A DNA stretch of 64,000 nucleotides from Mytilus trossulus (GCF_036588685.1 NW_026963302.1:3906001-3970000); one strand, 5' to 3'. Shown: positions 40,307 to 52,559, numbered from the stretch's first letter. Numbers and translations: made by a program. Notes: a model not told the origin generated them from the sequence alone.

Positions 40307-41574
40307 GAATATATCATTGGATCAAACATACCACTTGGTGTAAATTACCAAAACAGAATTGACGAACAGACGCCATTGATGCCTTGATTTGTATTTCAGT
40401 ACAACAAATAACAAACACTGATTTTGTTTGGATATTGAATTGTCATGGCAACATTTAATCAAAATTCATTCATAAAACAACAACAACTGTTACAACAACA
40501 GTACACAACCAAAATATTTGTCAATCAATAAAATGTTGATGACGATTGAACTAATCATTATATCACAGCTGGGCGATCCAAAGCTGGTGTACTGAAGGGC
40601 GGTCCATTCAGCAATATTTCAGAATTAGCAGCTGGGCTTTCCATAGTCTGCATAAAATGAAGTAAATTTCGCTCCGGTTGTGTGACTGCTTCAGCATGTT
40701 ACCATGACGGATTTGTGTTTGAAGACTGGAGCATCTGAAAAATAAATAGAGCCAGCAGCAAACAAAGTTCAATTCTTAAGGGTGGGCGAGGAAGGTCTTA
40801 ATTTTTTAACGTCCTCTCCGTTCAATTTTCAAGGTAAAAGAGACCGTTAAATTGCACGGACTTTTACTACTCGGCTGTCACATGCTCAAATTAGCATAAT
40901 AAGAGTAAAGGACGACTCGATTTGTCGAGTCTCAATACATGTATATATGTTAATTCAATAAATGAATTTAATTTTCATTTAATTAAATTCTATTATTGAA
41001 TATATCATTGGATCAAACATACCACTTGGTGTAAATTACCAAAACAGAATTGACGAACAGACGCCATTGATGCCTTGATTTGTATTTCAGTACAACAAAT
41101 AACAAACACTGATTTTGTTTGGATATTGAATTGTCATGGCAACATTTAATCAAAATTCATTCATAAAACAACAACAACTGTTACAACAACAGTACACAAC
41201 CAAAATATTTGTCAATCAATAAAATGTTGATGACGATTGAACTAATCATTATATCACAGCTGGGCGATCCAAAGCTGGTGTACTGAAGGGCGGTCCATTC
41301 AGCAATATTTCAGAATTAGCAGCTGGGCTTTCCATAGTCTGCATAAAATGAAGTAAATTTCGCCAAAATTATCAATCGGACTTTAGTACAGAATGATAAT
41401 CCGCCACAAAATTTACCCATGACAATTCAGTTATCTCCAATTCTACGATCAACTTACAACTGATTTAAACAATCAAAATGATAAAAGATATTACGAATTC
41501 AACATTTATGTAACAACCAAATTTCATAAAATACATGTATTTAATCCATTAGATTATGAACTGTTTATTTTAAA

Positions 41575-42191
41575 TTAAAGATGATCGTGGGGAAATACAA
41601 CACAATGTGGATACTTTATGAATGTTTCTAGTGCTGACTGAATTTGATTCAAGAAAATATCATTTCCAATAAAAGATAAATGTACTCCATCGTCAGAATA
41701 TAGCGCTGGATGACGATCATCAAAATCGGGATATTTGATAACGTATCCTCCATGTTTGAGTATATAAGATCTCACTCCCCTATTTATTCTCTTTCTTGTA
41801 ACTTCCATGGCATGGTCATCACTTGAGTAACGCCATGATCGCCTGGGAAGAATGCTTGACCATATAAGAGAACAATTTGGGAGCATGCGAGACAGAATTA
41901 CTATTGTGAATTTAACATGATATAGCAGAGCACCACATGGTACATTTCCTATGTCATTCCCACCACAATGCAATATCAACGCATGTGGAATTTTGTTGCA
42001 TAAATTAATGATGCTGTTAACTGTGCCAACAACATCGTCCCATTTCATACCAGATTTGCCTGCCCATCGCAAAAAACAATTATTATTTTTTAAAAGACCT
42101 AAATTACTACCTGAAGGTCTGTTCTCCGAGTGATCACGAGCACTGCATATTATTGAAGAACCAATAATCCATATTTCATTACTAAGACAAG
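41575..42191 (-). CDS. SGNH/GDSL hydrolase of Ngaro-3
   Basis: The frame is open upstream of the called ORF: IWIIGSS (block I), GKSGM (II), HCGGND (III), DGVH (V). Begins at a 3' splice site, ttataatttCAG. Confidence 0.88.
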
Positions 42192-42204
42192 CTGAAATTA
42201 TAAG

Positions 42205-43116
42205 TTATTTGGTTAGCTCAATTCTTATATAACGTTTAAAGGATGCAGATTTCCAACGACCTAAAGTCATAATTTCTTCATCAGTATGACCGTTCATAGC
42301 AAAATGTGTAGCTGCTCCTATTCGAAATGAATGTGTGTTGTACTCATTTGGATTACAATCAATAAATTTCATGGTTTTGCATAGTACACTAGAAAATTGA
42401 TATCGTGTTACACCAGTTTTGTTAAAATGACAAAAAAATGGTCCATTGTTTTGGTGTCTGATTGAAATAAAGTTTAATAACAATCTCACCGGGCAAATAT
42501 CTACTTGATTAAAACTTTCAACTGTTAATGTTGTAGATAAACCTTTTTGGTCTGTTTTCGAAAAGGGAATTGTGATATATGCAGATTGTGAATGATGTGA
42601 AACATTGACATCATCATTGTTAATGACATGTGGCGTATTTCTATTAATTGTAATTTCACCGATTCTCAAAAATGCAAAAAATGCTAATGAAAACATGGAT
42701 CTAAATAAAGTACATTCATATACTGAAGAGCAGACAAATTGCAACGAGTTTATTAATCGAGCTAATATTTCTACAGTTATAGGTTTGCGACTATCCACTA
42801 CGCCATATAATTTGTCCATTCCTTTCAACATTTTTTGTATAATGAACGATGAAGTCAAATCAGTGAGTTTATTTATTCGTAAATAATAGCTTAAGCCTGA
42901 CAAGTACACCTTAACCGTTGCAGGGGCATATCCTAATTTTGATAAATAAGCAACATAGTTAACTAAATGCGAAATACTGGGTGGCCATGTATTTCCTAAA
43001 CCTTCTTTTAATCTAAATGAAACAAATGAAGTCAGTCCATTATTATACGTTTTCCATGTATTCTGAGAATTCGAGGCGTCCAATAACTTTGCTATTTCTG
43101 GTCTAAAATGTTCCAA
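42205..43116 (-). CDS. Tyrosine recombinase of Ngaro-3 (intact)
   Basis: AFLRIGE, SKTDQ, CPV, HSFRIGAAT, GRWKS..FKRYIR. Confidence 0.95.
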   Translation of the reverse strand: MEHFRPEIAKLLDASNSQNTWKTYNNGLTSFVSFRLKEGLGNTWPPSISHLVNYVAYLSKLGYAPATVKVYLSGLSYYLRINKLTDLTSSFIIQKMLKGMDKLYGVVDSRKPITVEILARLINSLQFVCSSVYECTLFRSMFSLAFFAFLRIGEITINRNTPHVINNDDVNVSHHSQSAYITIPFSKTDQKGLSTTLTVESFNQVDICPVRLLLNFISIRHQNNGPFFCHFNKTGVTRYQFSSVLCKTMKFIDCNPNEYNTHSFRIGAATHFAMNGHTDEEIMTLGRWKSASFKRYIRIELTK

Positions 43117-44724
43117 AATTCCTCCGGAATTGTAGCTGGATGTGTATCTACTGTTAGAGCCAGACTTTTGAATTTCTGAAATTTTTTACGAGAAATACAA
43201 TCTGCAATTATATTTGTATAACCAGGAATGAACTGTGCCTTAATGTTAAAGTTGCCTAATAATGACCAATATACTATGTGTCTAACAAGGTTCATAATTC
43301 GTATATATTTTGACATCTTCTTATTTAAAATTTCAACTACGGCATATTATCCGAATTAAATAAAATTTTCTTTTTTTGAAAAAGATTACCCCATAAGTAA
43401 ACAGATAGTGCAATAGGTATCATTTCTAAATATGATATATCCCTGAGAACTTCAGTACCAGACCACTCTACAGGCCATTTAAGAAAAGCCCATTTACCTT
43501 GGAGATAGCAGCCACACCCTTTTGTTGAACCACCAGCGCTGTCAGTAAATAGTTGTAAAACTGAATTTGAAGTCCAATCAATGTCGAGCATGTAACTAAT
43601 ACCGTTAAATTTGTCTAAAAACAATTCCCATACCAATAAGTCTTGATACATGCCTTCTGTGATTCTAACATAATGATGTGGTTTCTTTGCGTGACTACTT
43701 GCCAAATAAATTCGTCTGCTAAATGCTCTGCCTGCAGGTAGAGCTTTTGTACAAAAAGCTAATGACCCACACAAAGATTGTAGGTCCCTTAAAGTTATCT
43801 TTTTCCTACCTAATACCCACTTAATTTTTGACTTTAACTCCAATACTTTGTCCTCCGGAATTTGTATAAGCATTTTTTCTGTGTCTATAAGCAAACCTAA
43901 ATAACTAAGTTTTGTTGTTGGGCCTTCTGTTTTTTCATGAGCAATTGGGACTCCAAGACGACAACATACCCTATCAAAACTATTCATCAAATTTTTACAA
44001 TCCTCAGTATTGCTTTTACCAGCAAATAAAAAATCATCCAAATAATGATCAAGATTATCTGAATTGGACTCAGTCATGACAGCCCATTGAATAAAAGTTG
44101 AAAATTTTTCGAATAAGCAATTTGATTCTGAATACCCCATAGGCAATAATTTATCTATGAAATAATATTCATTAAGTTTAAACCCTAATAGATCAAAGTC
44201 CCTCGGATAGATTTTTAACAATCTGAAGGCGGATTTAATGTCCTTTTTTCCAATTTCAACATTTGAACCCAACCTTTTAATCATATCAATAGCATTATCA
44301 AAAGACGAATACTTTACTGTAGTAAATTTTTCATCAATAAAGTCGTTTACACTCAAATTCGGCGGAAAAGATAAGTGCGTAATCAATCTAAATCCACCCG
44401 TTTTTTTAGGAATTACACCTATAGGCGAACACCTTAGATTAGATATAGGTCTAGTCAAAAAAGGACCAGCTATGCGACCATTTCTTACTTCACTCATGAC
44501 TTTTGCCCATGCCACCCCAGGATTTTGGATGACTGAATGTAAATTTTTTGATTCAATCCTACATCGGGGTCCAAAATAATTTAACCTAAAACCTTCAGAA
44601 AATCCCTTGCATAATATCATTGCATCATATTGATTTGGGTAATTGAAAAGAAGTTTATTTAATTCTGTGATATTGATCGGAGTAAAGCCAAGACACCATA
44701 TGTCCAACGGATTAACTACAGATT
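43092..44724 (-). pseudogene. Reverse transcriptase-RNase H of Ngaro-3, 1-nt frameshift at ~43342
   Basis: FRLITHLS, DIKSAFR, LPMG, YLDD, YLGL. RNase H LFTDSAGG, LEM, SDN, then NIIADCISR in the shifted ORF 43092-43316. Confidence 0.93.
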
Positions 44725-44740
44725 CTGAAAAATATAAAAT

Positions 44741-45861
44741 TTAATTGTTAAATGTATGTGGTGCGACCATTCGAATGGCAGGGAATCTGCTTCCTCGAGG
44801 TCTAAATCCTTGATTCAAATTCGCTCCTCTTTGAAAATTTGTTTGACTTCTAGGTGCAAAATTTCTAGCACCTCTATTTTGATATGTGTCTCGGGCTGCA
44901 TTTTGAGAACGAGCATATGCCTGGTTGCTATTTACTTGTTGACAGCCAGCGAAAGGGTGGGCCATTCCGCATTTCATACATAAATGGGTGTAAAACAATT
45001 TTGACGATTACAAGCTCCCTTGAAATTATAATCATAGCATGGTCGATTACCTACACTTGTCTGTTGAATTGTATTACCCTCCGGTTCCCCATTAGCTATG
45101 ACGGTGTACCATACAATGCCATCAATGGAAGACCAAGATCTTGTTGGATTATTTGCCATTCTTAATCTAAATTGCTGGTCATAACAATAAATCTTCTCAA
45201 AAGACACTTGTGTACCTCTAATGATTGACATATAAGTGGTCAATTCACTAGCTAAATTTGGAAAACGTTGAATAAATATTTTCATATAATTTATAAATGC
45301 ATCAGTCCATGACTCAATGTTTTGAATAGATTTAACTTTGCTGTTTTTGTTTGATGTAATTACAAGTGAACCAGCTGCATTATCATAACTTATAACATTT
45401 TGAGGTCTGTCAACTTGGCTAATAAAATTTTGATAAAGAAGTAATGACAAATCTATAAATTCTCTATTCCAAATTTTTTCTTTCAAATTTTGGGATACGT
45501 AAACATCACATTCTGATTGATTAGGTATATGCATAGGATCATTATTTATCTCACCATTTTGATTAGGCATTGGCACAGGAGCTGGTATTTCAACTTGCGC
45601 AAATGGCGCTTGTACGTTCATTGCTGGTGCTACAGGACCTTGCAAGGCAGGTTGTCTTTCAATTGGCAAAGGAGGAGCCTGGATTTGTAGAGGAAGAGGT
45701 GCTTGTACCTGTACTTCACCAGCAATTGCCCCCACATCTTGATTTCTTGGTGCAGCAACTGCACGGTTTCTCCTTCCGCGTCGTCTCTCTGGTGGTTGCG
45801 CTTCAACAACGGGCACTCGTACGCGCCCATTCCCATTTCTTCGTCGACCAATTCTAGGCAT
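44741..45861 (-). pseudogene. Gag of Ngaro-3, 1-nt frameshift at ~44995 splitting the zinc finger
   Basis: MPRIGRRR...KEKIWNREFIDL...WTDAF...YDQQFR...CYDYNFKGACNRQNCF | YTHLCMKCGMAHPFAGC. Confidence 0.88.
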
Positions 45862-46634
45862 TTGTATAAACAAAATAGGTTAAAAAATTGAAGTACTTAC
45901 TAACATCACATAGCTAGTATTCTGTCTTTTAATTTGATTTATTTTTGTAACAGTTTCAATGCATCAGTATTCATTTTATTCATATATATCAACTCTGTCA
46001 TTTGAGCTTAATAAATTAATTCCTTAGATTGTCTCTTATCTACACATATTTTTATTTATTTAATTTTTTTTGTACATCACGAATTGTGATATGTAAAATA
46101 TATAAATTATTTATGATCAACTTAACCTGTAAACATGCACCTACCTGTCTCTACGCATTATAACAGGTGTACTTTAACATTCTGCATCAAGGATAAATAA
46201 ACTGTGAGATTAAACATGTCTAGGCAATGCATATACTAATAAAAAAGTATTCATTTAGAATTTCAATGCCACGTGGCTCAACCGCATATTTAATTCGACG
46301 AAGTAATAAGTTAATTTAAATATTAAAATAAAAACAAACATAAATAAAATCATTAAATCCGAATCAGATTTAAAATATGAATTCTTAAATAAACTTATTA
46401 AAACAATACTTATCTTGATAGTGTATGAAAAATCTTTCTCTTAATTTTTTAACGTCCTCTCCGTTCAGTTTTCAAGGTAAAAGAGACCGTTAAATTGCTC
46501 GGACTTTTACTACTCGGCTGTCACATGCTCAAATTAGCATAATAAGAGTAAAGGACGACTCGATTTGTCGAGTCTCAATACATGTATATATGTTAATTCA
46601 ATAAATGAATTTAATTTTCATTTAATTAAATTCT

Positions 46635-48475
46635 ATTATTATACAATTATAGACAATTTGTGACTATATTTCAAGAAGAAAGTCCAAACTTATGCAATAA
46701 TCTCACAACATTAGAAGCAAAAATATCGGCGATGTTTTAGAAAGGTATAATCGAAAAACTACTAGTAAAAAGCAAAACATCACTATCAAGATAATCAAGT
46801 TTGTAATTATGATATTACATATAACGGCACCGTGTAATGTGGTTCAATTTTACTTACGAAATTGATAAAAAAAAATATCAACGTCAGATAATTTTATCCA
46901 TAAGCATTTGCGAAAAAAATGACGTTTTTTTTTGTTAGGAGAGACTTAAAAAAGTGAAAGCTAGTAACATAGTTTGCAAACAGAAATAAGAACTGATATC
47001 AAAGAATGCTTTCAATAAACATAATAATGATAACTTCAAATTTAAGACAACTAATCCTAAACGCATTAAAACAAATATCTGCAATCGAGATAACTGATTA
47101 TTTTTGTAAAAAATCTGAATGATTTTAAACAAATTGTATGTACATTCGTTGTTATTGTATATTAATTCTTACTTCATTATTATACAATTAAAGACAATTT
47201 ATTATTATTATAATTTCAGGATAAAGTCCCAACTTGTGCAATAATCTCACAACATAAGAAGCATAAATGTCGGCAATTTTTTTGAAAGGTATATTCGAAA
47301 AACTATTAGTAAAAAGCAAAACATTAAGATCAAGATAATCAAGTTTGTAATTATGATATTTTATATAACGGCACCGTGTAATGTGGTTTTATTTTACTTA
47401 CAAAATTGATTAAAAAAAATATCAACGTCAGATGATGTTATATATAAGCATTTGTGAATAAATGACGTTTTTCCTTTGTTAGGAGAGACTTTAAAAAGTA
47501 AAAGCTAGTAACATAGTCTGCAAACAGAAATAAGAACTGATATCAAAGAATGCTTTCCATAAACATAATAATGGTAACTTCACATTGTAGGCAACTAATC
47601 CTAAACGCTTTAAAACAAATATCTGCCTTCGAGGTTACTGATTATTTTTGTAAAAAATCTAAATGATGTTAACAAATTTCATGTACATTCATTGTTATTG
47701 TATATTAATTCTTACTTCATTAATATGCAATTATAGACAATTTGTTATTATAATTTCAGGAGAAAGTCCAAACTTGTGCAATAATCTCACAACATAAGAA
47801 GCAAAAATGTCGGCGATTTTTAAGAAAGGTACATTCGAAAAATTATTACTAGAAAGCAAAACATCAATATCAAGATAATCAATTTTGTAATTATGATATT
47901 ATATACAACGGCACCGTGTTATGTGGTTCAAATTTACTTACAAAATTGATAAAAAAAAAATATTAACGTCAAATAACGTTTATCTATTGTTAGGAGAGAC
48001 TTTAAAAAGTAAAAGCTAGTAACATAGTCTGCGAACAGAAATAAGAACTGATATCAAAGAATGATTTCAATAAACATTATAATGGTTATTTCCCATTGTA
48101 GGCAAATAATCCTAATAGCATTAAAACAAATATCTGCCTTCGAGGTTATTGATTATTTTTGTAAAAAATCTAAATGATTTTAAACAAGTTTTATGTACAT
48201 TTATTGTTATTGTACATTAATTCTTACTTTATTATTATACAATTATAGACATTTCAGGAGAAAGTCCAAACTTGCGCAATAATCTCACAACATCAGAAGC
48301 AAAAATGTCGGCGATTGTTTAGAAAGGAATATTCGAAAAATTATTAATAGAAAATAAAACATCAATATCAAGATAATCAACTTTGTAATTATGATATTAT
48401 ATATAAAGGCACCGTGTAGTGTGGTTCAATTTTACTTTCAAAATTGATAAAAAAGAAAAAGAAAATATCAACGTC
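46635..48475. repeat. ~540-bp satellite, block 4 (~3.4 monomers, small deletions); right end of the array
   Basis: Monomer similarity ends after aatatcaacgtc at ~48475. Confidence 0.95.
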
Positions 48476-49133
48476 GGAGCTGGTTTTTTTATTATTATTT
48501 TCGTCCTTAATACTCTGTTAAACTCGGAATCGCTTCTATTATCATAGCTTTTTACTGTACAACATATCATTAAACAATTATTCATTTTACACAACGGTGC
48601 GTTTAAAGACCACCAAAGTCGCCAACGTCAATGAAGCTGATCATGATACTGCATTCAGTCTTAGTCGAGACAGTGTTTAAACTATAAACTATCGTATACA
48701 GATTTTCATTCAAATAATTAGTGTATATGTATATCCTTATGCTTATTGTCTAACCCATATGCACAAGTGGCAGATTACCCGTCCGGGGGCACAGCCCCCC
48801 TAAAAAAAACCAAAACACACACACTTCTTCTCTACAGCGGAAATTAATCATAGCTTGATTTGACTTCTTAAACTGGCCGTTAATTCATATAAACGTCCGC
48901 ATACGTGATTAATGACAACTTATCGGTGGGGTGTAAATATTGACACTTGTGTGTAATGTCTCTGCAAAATTAAGTTTTAATGTAAAATACATGTACATGC
49001 ATGTTGGTTTGAATAGTACGTTATATTAGTTTATAATACAATACAGATTAAGATTTATTTACAAGTAAAACTTCTGATCTGTGTTTTTAAAGAATAGGTA
49101 CAAATATATGTTTAATGTATTTCATTTTTTTTA

Positions 49134-49226
49134 CCGTTAGTTTTCTCGTTTGAATTGTTTTACATTTTCTTATCGGGGCCTTTTATAGCTGACTATGCGG
49201 GAAGGGCTTTGCTCATTGTTGAAGGC
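49134..49226 (+). repeat. Fragment of an abundant dispersed repeat (probable Penelope-like 3' end)
   Basis: Matches 55757-55849 (tatcggggccttttatagctgactatgc). Confidence 0.75.
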
Positions 49227-49749
49227 ATATTTTAAAACTGGCTAAATTTGTTTTGAATACCATACATGTACAATATTTGTTTTTATAAACGGAATGTTGT
49301 ATTGCCTTCCCTCTTATTTCCTCCGGTCCAGGAAAATTTATTGACAATAATCAAATGCTATTTTTGTTCACAAGATCTACTTTGGAGCAGGATCTCGGAC
49401 TTATACATTTCTCTAAAAGCATACAGTTCTAAAAGTTGTGTATTTTCTTGTCTAAATTACCATGTACATGTATGAGGATAAGAATAGGTCACCATTTATA
49501 AAGATAGAAAGAATATATAGATGATGAAATATAAAGAATAAATTGATTGATTGTTTGGTTGTTTTACATCCAGTGGCAAATACTTGATGCATTTAAGGCA
49601 GGCACATATTCAGTATAAAGATAAATGGTATAAAAATAAAAGATATATAGAAATGATGATCTGAGCTCCCCTCCCCGAAAAAAAATCACTCGTACTTGCA
49701 TATATTAATCTAAAGTAAAATCGGGATCCGCACCTGTTATATTTGGCGT

Positions 49750-50247
49750 AAATTAATCTACAAGACCGTTTATGTATTTTTTTGTGATAGTAGCCAAATT
49801 GAAGATGAAAAACACTTTCTTTTTAATTGTTGTTTTTACTCTGATATCAGACATGAATTATATGCCAAAGCCTGTCTTTTAAATGTTGATTTTGAGAATT
49901 TATGTGATGTTGAAAAACTTCGTTATCTTATGTGTAATGAGAATATGGTTCCTCTTTTAGCTAGTTCCCTTTATCATATGTTTTATCGACGAAAACATGT
50001 CATCTAGAAATTATATATGTTTTGCAATTTTATTATTTTTTTAATTTACGAAATACATTTTAAATGTATCAAAGCTGTCTATTTATGTATGTATTAGATG
50101 TTTGTTTTAATGATAGTGTCTCATAAGTCGTTTTCGGCTGTCATCCTTTTACATAAATGTTGGGTTCTTATGACTTTATGTGTATATATATATATATATT
50201 GATATTGTAATGGGTGGTGACACTTTAATAAAATCAATCTTATCTTA
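49750..50247 (+). mobile_element. 3' fragment of a LINE (RTE-X-like C-terminus)
   Basis: DRLCIF/CDSSQIEDEKHFLFNCCFYSDIR CCHC knuckle, stop at ~50007, then AATAAA and an (atctt)n tail. Confidence 0.6.
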
Positions 50248-50697
50248 CTAAACATTTCTGTTTTAGCTAAAATACTTGAGTTCAATGGCACGTGCTAGTA
50301 ATCAACCGAGGCAACAGGAAACAAAATCAATGATCCATTACGCAAAAAGTAAATAACTTTTTTATAATATACAATAAAAAGGTGCCAAATATATTCATTT
50401 TCTCCGTGTCAGATATTTTTATTGACTGTACAATCGCTTGCAAGCTAACTGTACAATTAATCGGAGCCTTCATGTACAATCACTCTGAGCTTTCCTGTAG
50501 AATTGCTTGGCCAAATTTATTAAATACATTGCATATGCATTGCATTGGTTGTTCCTTGTCTGTCCTATTACATTCATCCATGTTATTTGAAATGAAAATA
50601 AGCACAAAATCAGTCATTTTGACAATGAAGATTCTATTAAGGAACCCTTTTAAGGTGACTATACCAGAGACAAAAACAAAATGTGTACAATACATAT

Positions 50698-50838
50698 AAA
50701 AAAAGAATATTTGCCAAAGAGACAACTCTTCACAAGAGACCAAAATGACACAGAAATTACAAACTATAGGTCACCCTACGGCCGTCAACAATGAGCAATA
50801 CCTCATAGTAAGCTATAAAAGGCCCCGAAATAACAATG
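50698..50838 (-). repeat. Fragment of the same dispersed repeat family
   Basis: Reverse complement of ~55785-55942. A shorter piece also lies in the Crypton intron (1-37; ~33950-33990). Confidence 0.7.
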
Positions 50839-52559
50839 ATTGATGTAAAGTTTGTTAACACCACAACCACAGAAGAAGGGTGGCTGCTTTTATATTTCCA
50901 TATGTCGGGGTTTAAATCCCATTCAAAAGAAGTAGATGGGGGGAAAGGTGTTTGGTTATATTTATATCATGTCTATCATGACGGGGGGAACTGCTACATA
51001 GTTGTTTATAATTCGTAAATCATAATTTAGATTTCACCAATAATAGGGAGCATTAAGTCGCAGAAATAATTAAGGGCAGTCTCTTTATGTAAACAATATA
51101 CCACATTGAGCTTTCAGAACTTTCTTCTTTCTTCTAGTAATTTCCGGACTATTTCGAAATATGTAGCTTAACGTCTGACATATAAGTATGCAAATTCAAT
51201 AATTACATGTAGTTTATTTCTTTATAATGCATAATTGGGACAAATTCGTTGTTCAAAATTATTTTCCAAGTGTTATTAAGAATTCAAGTATGCATATTGA
51301 AAGTAAATTTTAGTATTGTTTATTGAATCACTTAAAATTCAGATCAAATCCGCTTAAAGAAAATAAAACCGGCGAATGACACTCATTTTTGTTGAATTTG
51401 AGTTTGACTGACCTTAATTGATATTTTGTTTAAAAATAATTATTCAAATAAATATACAACTAATTTACGTTTTTAGGGGGGGCATTGAACCGGGAATAAA
51501 TAATAGTAACAACAGTACAGGCTTATAGTATTTTGAATCGTTTTTGAAGTGTTTCAATATAATAAACCAGAGACACATAACTTGTTATTTATGTCTCTGA
51601 ATGAACGAATGATATTTTTTACGAATAGAAAGAAAAAAGCAAGTCTGTCCGAAAGGTGATTGTCAATTTGATATTTCAAAGGCAAATGTATAACTATAGT
51701 GTGTTCATTGTATACTTAAACTTAAACCAGAATGCGTCGAAATGTCTCTGTATGTTTATAACAGTCACAAGTCACTTCTAGAATTAAAGATCAGCGATCG
51801 ATTAAAAATTCTTGCAATAACATTTTGTCAAAAGTGATCGCGATGGCCTTATCAGGTAATTCAAATAATCGGACCCTTATATTTTTTTCAAAAACACGTT
51901 AAAGTTAATATCAGAGCCATGTAATTCATGTTTTATATCTTTGACTATTATGCTAGTACTAGTATAATTTTCTCAGGTTATATTCTCTTTTGATATGCAT
52001 CTTTCTTTTAAGGTCTTTAAAAGTCTTGTTTTTCTCTAACACTTTAGAAAAGTATATCGGGACCGTTTCTGAAAATAATCTTTCAAAATGCAAATTTAAG
52101 TTTTAGCCTTTAAAACTTGTATGCCAGATAATTTGACCACATGACATGAAATTCTACAATATACATTGGTCACGCACGACAGATTTCCGATGTGAGACAG
52201 TCACACGTGCCGTTACAATAGCCAGTGTACACACATCGGCGCACACATGGATGTCAAATAGGTCAGTTGATTGGAGGAATGTTACCGAAAACACGCCTAC
52301 CTCAAACTAATACCCAATCAAACGCCTTTACCAGAAACATAAATAATACATGGAGATTTGGTTGCGTATTCAACATTTGAAAAAGTAATTTGAGCTAAGA
52401 AGCAAAGAATATGCCCGAAATGCAAGTTTCCCAATAAATTTCAGCTATCTAGTGATGAAAAAATATAAATTTAAAAACAAATACAAATTAAAAGTTTTTC
52501 GAATTTTTCCGTAGTCTATTCGCTATATAGGTTGAAGTGTTCCAGCTCCATACCAGTCT

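Larger units (their letters stand above)
40301..46640 (-). mobile_element. Ngaro-3: near-intact Ngaro retrotransposon, A1-gag-RT/RH-YR-hydrolase-B1-A2-u-B2
   Basis: A repeat (202 bp) at 46439-46640 and 40796-40997, 2 mismatches seen. B repeat (366 bp) at 40998-41363 and 40307-40672. ATTATT core at both ends and at the B1/A2 junction. Split direct repeats plus a hydrolase ORF are typical of Ngaro. Confidence 0.95.

Noticed and set aside
42192-42207. YR-hydrolase fusion by readthrough of TAA (both are in the same frame)
   Set aside because: Not excluded, but a strong 3' splice site lies directly after the stop, so splicing is the simpler explanation.
27816-48594. Short ORFs within satellite monomers (27816, 37643, 37960, 38221, 46935, 48397)
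   Set aside because: Chance open frames. Homologous monomers have stops and frameshifts, and there are no protein motifs.
50382-50743. Possible host exon (87-105 aa ORFs)
   Set aside because: No recognisable domain and no partner exons; it partly overlaps a dispersed repeat.
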